In this document: in pieces, positions 1 through 10,597 of the stretch
Layout of the letters: each line of letters opens with the position of its first letter
Position numbering within the stretch: position 1 is the stretch's first letter
Source: Octopus bimaculoides
Taxonomy: Eukaryota
Direction of reading: 5' to 3'
Length of the DNA: 37,802 nucleotides
Assembly (NCBI RefSeq): GCF_001194135.2
Contig: NC_068985.1
Coordinates: 50,089,496 to 50,127,297, forward strand
The notes under the pieces: model-generated
What the model was told of the DNA's origin: nothing
Databases searched by the model: none
What the model saw: the letters and a program-made list of their open reading frames with translations, nothing else
Program-made: the position numbers and the translations under genes

Positions 1-291
1 AATGTGCAAATGGCTGAGCACTCCACAGACACGTGTACCCTTAACGTAGTTCTCGGGGATATTCAGCGTGATACAGTGTGACAAGGCTGACCCTTTGAAT
101 TATAGGCACAACAGAAACAGGAAGTAAGAGTGAGAGAAAGTTGTGGTGGAAGAGTACAGCAGGGTTTGCCACCATCCCCTGCCAGGGCCTCGTGGAGCTT
201 TAGGTGTTTTCGCTCAATAAACACTCACAACGCCCGGTATGGGAATCGAAACCACGAGTCTGCTGCCCTAACCACTGGGTCATTGCGCCTC
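1..291 (-). mobile_element. tRNA-derived SINE (3' part runs off the window edge)
   Basis: The reverse complement starts GAGGCGCAATGACCCAGTGGTTAGGGCAGCAGACTCGTGGTTTCGATTCCC, with A-box-like TGACCCAGTGGTTAG and B-box-like GGTTTCGATTCC. Non-coding body follows. Confidence 0.75.
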
Positions 292-651
292 GACTCACAG
301 TCATAATACCCCAGGTTCTATCTCACTGAGCAAATGTCATTACCACACCCTGAAGCTGATCCAAGACCTGTCAGTGAATTAGGTGAACAGAATCTGTGGA
401 AGTCCATTGGATGGACTGTACCAGTAATACAAAGGTTTCATTTATGGTTTCATATTGCATTCCAGTGTACTGTCACAGCATTGTATTTACATGTGCAGAA
501 CCATACATTTTTCCCTACAAAGCTACTTTAAAATATCTTTCCAAATGTGTATGATGAAACATATTAAATTTATTTTTTTCACAAAATATACTTGTAAAGT
601 TGGGGTACATTTTATACACTGGCAAATGCGGTATTTTATTTATGTACTTAC

Positions 652-809
652 TTTCTTATTATCTCCAAAATGTATGATACAACGATCTTCTACTTTATTG
701 AGTTTGAGATTTTCTCTCAAAGCATGTACTGCATCAGGGTTCCATTCACAGGCATGAACCATGCTAGCTTTTGCATGGACAAGGTATGGCAAAGTAAAGT
801 AACCAATGC
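652..809 (-). CDS. TRMT12: TYW2/TRMT12 coding exon (SAM-binding motif I onward)
   Basis: Encodes (G)IGYFTLPYLVHAKASMVHACEWNPDAVHALRENLKLNKVEDRCIIHFGDNKK, matching the TYW2 signature GIGYFTLPxLVHA...HACEWNP...IHFGDN. Acceptor TTTGTAG| at 810, donor |GTAAGT at 651; 158 bp, phase 1 to 0. Confidence 0.93.
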
Positions 810-1858
810 CTACAAAAATAATAAGATAAAACAATACAAATCATCTTGACTTTGCCTCACACATTCACACATTCATATACAAAAATACTCACACATACAT
901 GTAACTACATGTGAATGCATGCAAAATACACACACAAAACCACATATCACGCACAAGTATATGTGCACAGTCACATACATATGCACACACACACACAAAC
1001 ATGCAAGTAAACGTACTTTTGGCAGTCAGTGTTTTCACAAAGTAGGGCTGAAAGAACCAAGAAGAGATCTCTAAGTTTCACGAATCTCCAACTTCATAAT
1101 GTGAAGTGGATGTTAGACAGATCTCTTTTCCCTACCACAGATACACTTCTCAAACATTTGAGGGAAATATTTCTCATTCAGATAAATTACAAATTAGTAG
1201 AATAAACCAATGAAGAGGTGGCTACATGGTCACCCAAGCTGAAAGAGACAACAGCAAAATCATACTTCAATCACATGTTACCATTCTAAAACAAAATGAG
1301 AGAATGGCACAATAGATAATACAATGCTGGATATACTATTTTAAAAATATTTTACTTGTTTCAGCCATTGGAGAGTTTTAGTCAATTATAACCTAGCACT
1401 TATTTGGTACTTATCTCACTGAGATCTCTATTTGTGGAATCACTAAGTTACAGGACATAAGAACACTGTTTTCGAAAGTGTTGTCAATTAAAGCCAAAGA
1501 TGAAGACAAATGTAATGCTGGCTCTGATGAAGGTATCATTAATCTTAAGTCTTTCAATTTACCTCAATTGATCAATAGATCAATTGAGTAAACCTATCTA
1601 TGATGACTACTGGAAACAGCAGTAAGCCAAATTTGCTATAATAAAAGAATTATATGCAATGACTATTATCTTAACTTGTCTATTATATATCACTCAGTAA
1701 AATCCAGTTTATCTGAAGCCCATTCACGGATCTACAACATAGAATTGTAATGAACCATAACTTTGGATCCTACCAAATCTAAGTGATATTGTTAGCCTGG
1801 TGTACCAACAGAGAACTTATGAAATATTTTGCCTGGATTGATAATCCCTCACTATTTG

Positions 1859-1926
<68 letters not shown>

Positions 1927-1930
1927 ATGA

Positions 1931-2039
1931 ACTGGGGCAATGAGAAATAAAGTGCCTTACTCAAGGATACAATGCACTGCTGGGTATTGAACTTACAAGC
2001 TTACGGTCATGCACTGAATACCCTAACCACTAAGCCACC
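1931..2039 (-). mobile_element. degenerate tRNA-SINE 5' fragment
   Basis: The reverse complement begins GGTGGCTTAGTGGTTAGGGTATTCAG...GTAAGTTCAATACCCAG, a decayed A/B-box head next to a (TA)n tract. Confidence 0.5.
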
Positions 2040-2381
2040 CACCTTCACATATGCATGCATGTATCTTTGTGTCTCCTGCACCACTACTTGACACCTGGTG
2101 TTGGTGTATTTATGTCCTTCATTATTTAGTGGTTCAGACATGAAAAAAAATCGATAATAAGTACTGGGGTTTATCTGTCTGACTAAAATTCTTCAAGGCT
2201 GCGGTCTAATATATGGAAGCCCATTACATACATGCAGATATATGATGGGCTTCCACACAATTTCTATCAACTAATTTCCCTAAGAAGACACTGGCTGAAA
2301 ATGCCTTGCAGTGGAAGTGAACCCAAAGGTGTGTGATTGTGTCTGTGCCTATATCTAGAAAGAAACCATATTACTATAATT

Positions 2382-2683
2382 GGATCTATTTTAAAACGGG
2401 GGCGCCAGTTTTCATTTATGTTTTATGTCGTGTTTTTGGTACGGAAAGACTTTCAAACTTCGTATACTTATCTATTTTGTGTTATAGAACATAAAAATAT
2501 TTTTGTATTCGAATTTATTTCATGTAAAAAATTGTCTTATTTTGATAATTTCTACTAATCACTGACGTCTATTCAGTTGAAAACAGTTAGCGCTGTAACG
2601 GTGTATATCGTATTAATCCCCTAACCCTAACTAGACTGTTAACCGTAACCGTAACCCTAACCCTAAAACTAACCCTAACCCTA
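2382..2683. mobile_element. one arm of a GGATC-terminus MITE carrying telomere-like repeats, cut by the assembly gap
   Basis: Starts GGATCT. Aligns by eye to the reverse complement of the right arm of the 26057-26694 element (shared CGTATACTT..TATTTTGT..TATAGAAC, TATTCGAA.TTATTTCATGT and AATCACTGACGTCTATTCAG). Ends in CCCTAA/CCGTAA repeats at the N-gap. Confidence 0.75.
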
Positions 2684-3489
2684 NNNNNNNNNNNNNNNNN
2701 NNNNNNNNNNNNNNNNNNNNNNNNNNNNNNNNNNNNNNNNNNNNNNNNNNNNNNNNNNNNNNNNNNNNNNNNNNNNNNNNNNNNNNNNNNNNNNNNNNNN
2801 NNNNNNNNNNNNNNNNNNNNNNNNNNNNNNNNNNNNNNNNNNNNNNNNNNNNNNNNNNNNNNNNNNNNNNNNNNNNNNNNNNNNNNNNNNNNNNNNNNNN
2901 NNNNNNNNNNNNNNNNNNNNNNNNNNNNNNNNNNNNNNNNNNNNNNNNNNNNNNNNNNNNNNNNNNNNNNNNNNNNNNNNNNNNNNNNNNNNNNNNNNNN
3001 NNNNNNNNNNNNNNNNNNNNNNNNNNNNNNNNNNNNNNNNNNNNNNNNNNNNNNNNNNNNNNNNNNNNNNNNNNNNNNNNNNNNNNNNNNNNNNNNNNNN
3101 NNNNNNNNNNNNNNNNNNNNNNNNNNNNNNNNNNNNNNNNNNNNNNNNNNNNNNNNNNNNNNNNNNNNNNNNNNNNNNNNNNNNNNNNNNNNNNNNNNNN
3201 NNNNNNNNNNNNNNNNNNNNNNNNNNNNNNNNNNNNNNNNNNNNNNNNNNNNNNNNNNNNNNNNNNNNNNNNNNNNNNNNNNNNNNNNNNNNNNNNNNNN
3301 NNNNNNNNNNNNNNNNNNNNNNNNNNNNNNNNNNNNNNNNNNNNNNNNNNNNNNNNNNNNNNNNNNNNNNNNNNNNNNNNNNNNNNNNNNNNNNNNNNNN
3401 NNNNNNNNNNNNNNNNNNNNNNNNNNNNNNNNNNNNNNNNNNNNNNNNNNNNNNNNNNNNNNNNNNNNNNNNNNNNNNNNNNNNNNNNN
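2684..3489. other. assembly gap (N run)
   Basis: 806 N between CCCTAA-type repeats and (TA)n. Other N runs: 13122-13372, 17331-17566, 18816-18836, 31352-31380, 36361-36460. Confidence 0.99.
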
Positions 3490-3527
<38 letters not shown>

Positions 3528-4060
3528 AAAGGTAATATAACCAGGAGAGGTAAGAGGCAAGAAGAATTGTAATACTTCCATTAAGGTGGCAGGTGTTTCA
3601 TAATCTATTCAGAATTATCAACTTCAATGTAGACATATTCACATACACACACTGTATACATATACATAGAACACAGAGTCATATAATGATGCATGTAAGA
3701 AAGAAGACTACAAGAAATTGGCAATGAATTGGTACATCGAAAAAATATCCCTTTTGTATTTGTTCTGTCTGAATAGCAGATATATCCTTGTCATTCTCAC
3801 CATCAGAAAAAGATGTGAAACAGTTATTGATCTGTTGGAAATTGATAACCAATGGAGCTATTGTTCACAAGTGCATTTTTCCTTTCTTTCTTTCTTTTTT
3901 TTTTGTTATTTAGGGCCCAAATAAATATATACATCATAGCAAAAATACATCTTCTAAACCAATATTAAGTATTGCTAACCAAAAACTTCCTCATCATGAA
4001 ATACTTAATAGTTTTAAAATTTTCAAAAGAATATTTAACTGACATTTAATTAACATGTAG

Positions 4061-4221
4061 GTGCAGGAGTGGCTGTGTGGTAAGTAGCTTGCTTACCAAC
4101 CACATGGTTCCGGGTTCAGTCCCACTGCATGGCACCTTGGGCAAGTGTCTTCTACTATAGCCTTGGGCTGACCAAAGCCTTGTAAGTAGATTTGGTAGAT
4201 GGAAACTGAAGGAAGCCCGTC

Positions 4222-4254
<33 letters not shown>

Positions 4255-4449
4255 GCTGTGTTTGTCCTCCCACCATCGCTTGACAACCGATGTCGGTGAG
4301 TTTACATCCCTGTAACCTAGCGGTTCAGCAAAAAAGACCGATAGAATAAGTACTAGGCTTCCAAAGAATAAGTCCTGGGGCCAATTTGCTCAACTAAAAG
4401 CAGTGCTCCAGCATGACCGCAGTCAAATGACTGAAACAAATAAAAGAAT
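4061..4449 (+). mobile_element. full-length tRNA-derived SINE with internal (TA)/(TG) microsatellite and LINE-like tail
   Basis: Head GCAGGAGTGGCTGTGTGGTAAG...GGTTCAGTCCC (A/B boxes), central microsatellite, tail GCAGTGCTCCAGCATGACCGCAGTCAAATGACTGAAACAAATAAAAGA. Same family as 17567-17910 (-). Confidence 0.85.
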
Positions 4450-4661
4450 GTGCGATCTCTAAATTTTGTGTGCTTTTAAGATGGTTTCAATACAAATATA
4501 TTTGGTAATAAATATTTTTAATTAAACCCTAGTTGGTTTTATAATATACATTTTCAAACACATGTGGTTGCTTTAGATGATTATAACTATTCAAGGGAAG
4601 GCTGACTTGGTCATGTGAATTCTGTGTTGTTTAGTTGCAGTCACAAAACTACAACACTTAC

Positions 4662-4771
4662 CACTATAAAGATCAACTATGGTTTCATGGCGACAGTCAA
4701 ATGTAGATATTCGTAATTTCTCAGTGATATTCCCAGCACTCAACATACATTTGGTGACATCATAGTGATAG
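4662..4771 (-). CDS. TRMT12: TYW2/TRMT12 coding exon
   Basis: Encodes (R)YHYDVTKCMLSAGNITEKLRISTFDCRHETIVDLYS(G), matching the TYW2 motif YxxDVTxCMFSxGNITEKLR...VDLYAG. Acceptor TTTCACAG| at 4772, donor |GTAAGT at 4661; 110 bp, phase 2 to 1. Missed by the ORF track. Confidence 0.93.
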
Positions 4772-4851
4772 CTGTGAAATGAAAAAAGTTACAGATATAG
4801 TTTAAGTAGCTGCTGTACATGGAATGTACATGCAAACATTCATCCAATTTA

Positions 4852-6500
4852 CATCATCATCATCATCGTCATCATTTAATGTTCATTTTCCAAGCTGGCA
4901 TAGGTTGGACGGTTTCACAAGATCCTTAATGCCAAGGGCTGCACCAGACACCATCGTCTGTTCTGGCATGGTTTCTGCAGCTGAATGCCCTTCCTAGTGC
5001 CAGCCACTTTACAAAATATGGGGTGCTTTTTATGTGGCAGCAGCATCAAAGCTTTTTACATGGCACCAACACCAGTGTTTTTTACATGGTATCAGCACTG
5101 GTATCAATTCTACTGTGGTGGATGGGTCTTCTTGAGTACAGCAAAGTGTCAGATATCTCTACATCCATACATGTTACATGACCAAACCAGCGTAGTTTTT
5201 TCTCTTGTACACTGCATCTCATTCCTCTTATGCCTAACTTCTCTCTCAAAGAAACTAGTCCTCTGTCACACAAGTACATTGACACTGCACATCCAGCGAA
5301 GCATACTAGCTTCATTCCTCTCTAGTCTTTGCATGTCTTCTGCATTTAGGGCCTATGTCTCACTACCATGTAACATTGATGTTCATACACATACATGATG
5401 CAATCTTCCTTTCATTCTGAGAGAGATACTTTTGGTTGCCAACAGATGCAAAAACTCTCTGAATTTTCTCCATCCTATTCTTATTCTAGCGATCACACTT
5501 TCTGTACATCCTCTCCTACTGCTAATTAGGTCCCTTAGGTCGCAGAAATTATCCACTACCTCTAATGAGCCTCCAGGGTATTTGAAAAATCCATTTCCCA
5601 TGTAGCTGTAGTTTTTATGGCTCCTGTGCATCTTCAACATGCAAACACTACTGATAACCTCCCTTTTATTCTGTTGAACCTTTTGTGTGTCCATAGCTTG
5701 CACTGAGTACTCCATGCAGAATTCCTGCCTACACCTTTCCTATAAATTGAGCAAGGCCATTTACCTGATAGGTGAAAGGTCCTGTTCATTTTCCTGCTAA
5801 CTAGAACCTTAGTCTTTACTAAGTTAACCTTAAGGCCTTTTGATTCCAGGTTTTGCTTCAACACCTGAAATTTCTTTTCTAGTTTGGTTACAGAATCTGC
5901 TATAAGAGCATATAGCAGTTCCCAGGGACAGCCAGTCTTGAATTCCTGTTATGGCCTAGAGGATGATGATAAATAGGAGGGGACTGAGAACCAAACCCCG
6001 ATGAATGCTTGTCCGTACACTAAATTTATCACTATATTCATGGGTAACTCATCTTACTGACAGAAGCTCTGTACATAGATTGTACAGCTTTCACAAGCCA
6101 TTTGTCTATCCTCAGCTTCCTCAGAGCCCACCATATCACACAATGCGTTAATCTGTCAAAGGCTTTCTCCAAGTCAACAAATGCCAAGTACAGTGGTTTA
6201 TTCTTGGCCAAATACATCTGAAGTTGTCTGACTATAAAGATAGCATCAGTAGTGCTTCTCCCTGGCACAAAGCCAAACTTCTTTGTATCTAATTTGATTC
6301 TGTTCCTAATTAATTGGGCTTTTTCCATAGCTTTCATCATCTGGTCCAGCAATTTAATGATTCTGTAATTACCTCTATCTAAGACATCTCCCTTACTCTT
6401 GTACAACTGACTATAATGCTGCTAAACCAGTCATTGGGGATGACAGCTTCCAGAATAACCTGATTAACTATGTGGGTAACTAGACCATGTCCTACTCCAC
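4852..6500 (-). mobile_element. 5'-truncated, frameshifted RTE-clade LINE (RT domain to 3' tail) inside a TYW2 intron
   Basis: ORF pieces NYRIIKLLDQMMK, FGFVPGRSTTDAIFIVRQLQ, LYLAFVDLEKAFD, VNLVKTKVLV, IARIRIGWRKFRE and LRWFGHV are RTE RT/C-terminal motifs. (ATG)n tail at about 4852-4875. Confidence 0.9.
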
Positions 6501-7129
6501 TAGATATTTTATATTTTATATATTAAAATCCTTTGAAGATAGATCTCCAATTTTAGAATGTAAGGATGTTGACAAAACAAAGAAAAATATCTGTGAAGAA
6601 ATTAAACTAGTTTTATACCATAAGGAAAATTACCATACCACTTGAAAAGAGACAAACAAGAAGATATCTTCAACAATAACTGTTTTAATTACTAATCAAT
6701 ACATATTAATCACTGGTCCACAGACATGTAGTGTTCTCACTCTGCTTTTCTGTTGTAATTACAGTGGCTTCAATTCCTCAGAATTAGTTGATCTTGTACC
6801 ACTACCACTTAGGTACTTCAGATTTACTTGACTCTCTACTTCTTATTCCAAGGACCACACTAACCCCTCCTGCTAGTACTTCCTTTTCAGAATGCAGTCT
6901 TCTGGAGCTCTCTCCCTGCCCATGTTTTTCATGTAGCTATCAACTTGAAATTTCATTAGTTTCTAAGAACATTTGATGACCATTAGCAAATCTTCTTTCT
7001 CAAGACAAACCCATTAAAAAACATAATCAACATTTATATGAATTAGCATTCAAATCATACACAACCATTCCTTTTCAAGCTACCACATATTGCCTGCATT
7101 CACTAATGAGGTAATGAACTTGAACCTAC

Positions 7130-7280
7130 CGAATACCATTGTCAACATGCCTCACCCAGCCATTGTTTCCCAACAGTAATGTAACCTGAGGTCTTCGGTA
7201 GTCATTATTTGAAATGACCTCTTTCCTTGCCAGTCGTTTACATTGCAGACAATTTGAAATGGTTTCCCATAGTTCTGAAC
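7130..7280 (-). CDS. TRMT12: TYW2/TRMT12 coding exon
   Basis: Encodes (G)SELWETISNCLQCKRLARKEVISNNDYRRPQVTLLLGNNGWVRHVDNGI(R), matching TYW2 ELWETV...RLA...RTPxVTLLLGxxGWVxHVDNGIR. Acceptor ATTTCAG| at 7281, donor |GTAGGT at 7129; 151 bp, phase 1 to 2. Confidence 0.93.
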
Positions 7281-7558
7281 CTGAAATATCAATATAGTTT
7301 AGTTAATTCATTTACAATTAGCAGTGATGATAAAATGGTTATGATACAAGATTAGAAATACACAGGCTAAGAATTCAAATTCTGATGTACAACATTGCAT
7401 TGTTCCACTAAAATTTTTATTCATTGTAAAAAGCCCATATTCATATTCTTTATTCTTAAGTTAAGCAATATAAGTATGGATCTGGCTCCCAATTAAGAGA
7501 CTTACTTTGCAAGATAAAGAAACTAGACAATAAACTAAATAAAATCAAATTATCTTAC

Positions 7559-7926
7559 CAAACTGAGCCCAAATTTCATGTTTGAAAGAATTCTTTGGCA
7601 GCATAACTAGATCTTCATGCCACTCCCATTTTTTGGCAATATCAAGTTCTAATTCTTTGTTGAGAATATAACCATGATCTGTGAGAAGTTTTTCCAATCC
7701 TTGAATAAGCAATTGATAAGGTGAGCGAAGTAATGAACGTTTTGATGGCATCATTTTGACCATTTTTAATTCAAAGTCACAGCCATCTCCAAGGCTGAAA
7801 TAATCTGAGAGTGTCTTGTGCAGAAGTTCTTGGTCTACAGAAAGAAGTGGAATAGCAACTCGATCTGATTCTAGATGCTTCAAGCGAAATTTGGCATCAA
7901 TCAAACATTTGTTCTCCAAAAACTGC
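7559..7926 (-). CDS. TRMT12: TYW2/TRMT12 N-terminal coding exon
   Basis: Encodes QFLENKCLIDAKFRLKHLESDRVAIPLL...KKWEWHEDLVMLPKNSFKHEIWAQF(G), resembling the TYW2 N-terminus (VAxP and WExHxDLxxL..F motifs). Pyrimidine tract plus CAG| at 7927, donor |GTAAGA at 7558; 368 bp, phase 2 to 1, in frame with the next exon. Confidence 0.85.
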
Positions 7927-8239
7927 CTGAAATCACAGAGAGAAAAAATCAAGTTAATGAATTTTTTAAAAATATTCATATTAATACAGAATTATTACAT
8001 GCAAGAGGAAAGTAAGGGTGTATTTTCAACTTAAATGATACCAGAACACACTTAGTATTTATTTTAATAATACCAATATAAAACATTATTATCTATTCTA
8101 TATCACATTAATTTATAAATAAAAAAAAAAACAAGTCATCATGAATGATTTTACAGATCAACTTGCTTGAAATAGCTACCATATCTTCCTCAGATCACAC
8201 CCTATTCATTAACATAATTATCACTATTTTAATGTTTAC

Positions 8240-8620
8240 TTTTTCATGCCTGTATGGGTCAGACGAAATTTTGTGAGGCAGATTTTCTGCAGCCAGATGC
8301 CCTTCCTGTTGCCAACTCTCACCTGCTTCCAAATAAGATAACATTTTCTTTGTCCATTGAGCAGGCATAGCACAATGGCCAGACATCCTTTTATGGAAGG
8401 TTGCAATTGAACAACATTTGCATGATGGAAACACTTGCTTGCAACTGGTATGTGATGTCAAGATGCACATATGCACAGCAGGCTTCTTTTAGTTTCTATC
8501 AACCACTCTCAAGGCTTTGATTGGCCCATTACTATAATTGAAGATATTTGCCCAATGTGGCACACAATGGGACTAAATTCAAGACTATGTAGTTGCTTCA
8601 AATCACACAACCATGCCTGT
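8240..8620 (-). mobile_element. composite of degenerate LINE-tail and SINE fragments
   Basis: GCCAGATGCCCTTCCTGTTGCCAAC resembles the RTE 3' tail seen elsewhere in the window. 8490-8620 resembles the reversed head of the 4061-type SINE. Confidence 0.5.
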
Positions 8621-9949
8621 ACTTACTATCTTTAAAAAAAGTGGATTCATTGAATTCTGTAGTCTTAGATACACAGAGTCAAAAATAAATAAATGAATAA
8701 AAGTTGGTTGGGGAGGGGTTCATGGTTGACAGGGTTTTTTTGTTTTTTTAATGACAGGTCTGCTCAGAGTTAATCTGGAAGATATCATAGTGTTTTGGTA
8801 ATGATCTTTATTATTGATGGTATCCAGTTGAGACATAGCTATGAACTTGATTGTGCCTGTAGGTATACTTGTACTTTGTAAGGTAACCAGAAATGATGAT
8901 ACCAGTCATCTCATTGCACTGATTATATAACCCACTTGATGTTGGCTTCTTGTTTCAGCAGTTTGTAGCTAGGCATGAACCTCCTTCTCATCATTACCAT
9001 TTCATATCTGCTTTCCATGTTGGCATGGGTTGGGTGGGTCATTACACTTTGACTGAGTTCTTATCTAGAGTTAATGCCATCTTATATGCATCAGAAATTA
9101 CATTTTACTCATACAGTCCTATGCAATTAAAATCAGACCATCTGTGTCTGCTTTTAGCTCAGAACTTTCACTCTTTCTCCTTTGTTGAGGGCTGCATGTT
9201 GTTGACTAAGGAGTGGGTTTGCTTCCCATTGTTTTTTTTCTTTTTTTGTTTTGATTTTGTTTTAACATTCTTTTTAACCTTTACTGATGTTTTATCCTTA
9301 TCTCCTTTTTTTTTAAAATGTAGTTAGTTTCCAATTTGTACTTGACTGCTTCCTTATATACAGAGAAACCTTTATTTTTCTTTCATACTCCCCTATTACA
9401 CTAATCAATCACTTTTTTCTTGCTTCTAAGTATTTTTCAGGTTCCACTGATTTTACTTTGTAGTAATTTTCTATTTATATCGAGCTTTATCTTCCCTGTA
9501 GTCAACATGGGGCAATAACCTGTTAGTAATTACATTTTTCTTTATAAGCTTATAATTCTCTTCCAGCTTAGGGTGAAGCTGGAATTTATAACTGGGATGG
9601 TTATACCTATCACATGAACACTTCTAATGCACAATTTTCTAATTTTTGGAGGTTGAATCAGTATTAAGGTATTTGTTATACTATTTCAGGAAATTTTCCC
9701 TTTGCCTAATAAACTGCAACTGTTTTCTTTCCTGTAAATAGGACACACAGTAACAGCTTTGCAAATAAATAAAATTACAAGCAGTAGCGAAAATATAGTT
9801 AATTAAATTTCAAATTTTGAATATACAACCATAGTCCCACCCATGTCAACATGGAAGGTGGCCGTTAAACAACAATGATAATAGTATAGAAAATATTTTG
9901 TGATGCATTAAATGCAAATGCAGGGGGAATAACTCCAACTATAAATAAG

Positions 9950-10150
9950 TCGGAGTTATGACCGCTTCGCTAGAACTGTTGAAGTTTTGTGGTGTGATTT
10001 GACGGGTGAAATAGACCACTTCACAAAAAGAAATTCGTGTGTCTCTCGATATCCAAGCAGATCGTAGAGGGAATAAATTTGAGTCTCGATTTCTGTAGCC
10101 GAGGAAGTATGTAGAATTTTTTTTTCGTTATTTTCTTGAAAATATCCGCT
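9950..10150. promoter_or_regulatory. candidate promoter / first-exon region (locally CpG-retaining, non-repetitive)
   Basis: Cluster of CpG dinucleotides in an otherwise CpG-poor intronic background, about 2 kb upstream of the first identified TYW2 exon. Plus-strand donor-like GAA|GTATGT near 10106. Confidence 0.3.
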
Positions 10151-10309
10151 AAAAGACATCATTTTATAATATGTAACTCAATAGAAAAATAAATTTCGCA
10201 TTATGCTAAGTTTTTCAGGAACGCATCCCTTCTGAAATTTGGAGGCTTTACATGGCATAAGGCCACCTCCTCCAATGCCACCCCACAAAGGATTTTTGTT
10301 TTGTGAGTT

Positions 10310-10597
10310 GCTTGGTGACCCCGCCAATACTGATGTGACATAAAAAGCATGCATCCAGTCCACACAGGCGATTGGAAGAGCATTCAGCTGTAAAAACCGT
10401 ACCAAACAGACCTCACCAGTGCTGGTGCCACGTAAAAAGCACTGACCGTTATGTAAGGTGGTTGGTATTAGGAAGAGCATCCAAATATAAAAACCATCCC
10501 AAAACAGTGTAGACTAGTGCAGTCTGCTAGCTTGCCAGCTCCTGTTAAACTGAACAACCCATACCAGCATGGAAAACGGACGTTAAATGATGATGAA
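10310..10597 (+). mobile_element. RTE-LINE 3' UTR/tail fragment
   Basis: GGTGCCACGTAAAAAGCAC...TTAGGAAGAGCATCCA...CCATACCAGCATGGAAAACGGACGTTAAATGATGATGA, the same tail as 14555-14978 and 37392-37787. Confidence 0.75.

Noticed and set aside
1049-1119. Imperfect hairpin AAGAGATCT...AGATCTCTT
   Set aside because: Large asymmetric bulge and AT-rich pairing; within chance expectation.
2610-2683. CCCTAA repeats as a real telomere or chromosome end
   Set aside because: They are short, variant-rich, embedded in a MITE arm and inside a TYW2 intron, with the gene continuing on both sides of the gap.
2587-3581. Long ORFs of 281-316 aa (also those at 13016-13438, 17263-17604 and 36282-36780)
   Set aside because: They consist of N-gap X residues and (TA)n or telomere-like repeats and are artefacts.
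3718-3924. Plus-strand ORF containing CETVIDL, similar to the TYW2 ETIVDL motif
   Set aside because: Wrong strand, and the true exon with this motif is at 4662-4771; coincidental.
7927-7979. ATG-initiated extension MNIFKKFINLIFSLCDF of the TYW2 exon
   Set aside because: The sequence has a branch-point-like TTAAC, a pyrimidine tract and CAG, so it reads as intron.
9956-10162. 68-aa minus-strand ORF as TYW2 exon 1
   Set aside because: Phase-compatible only through a weak GTCATA donor, and the peptide does not resemble TYW2. Left unresolved.
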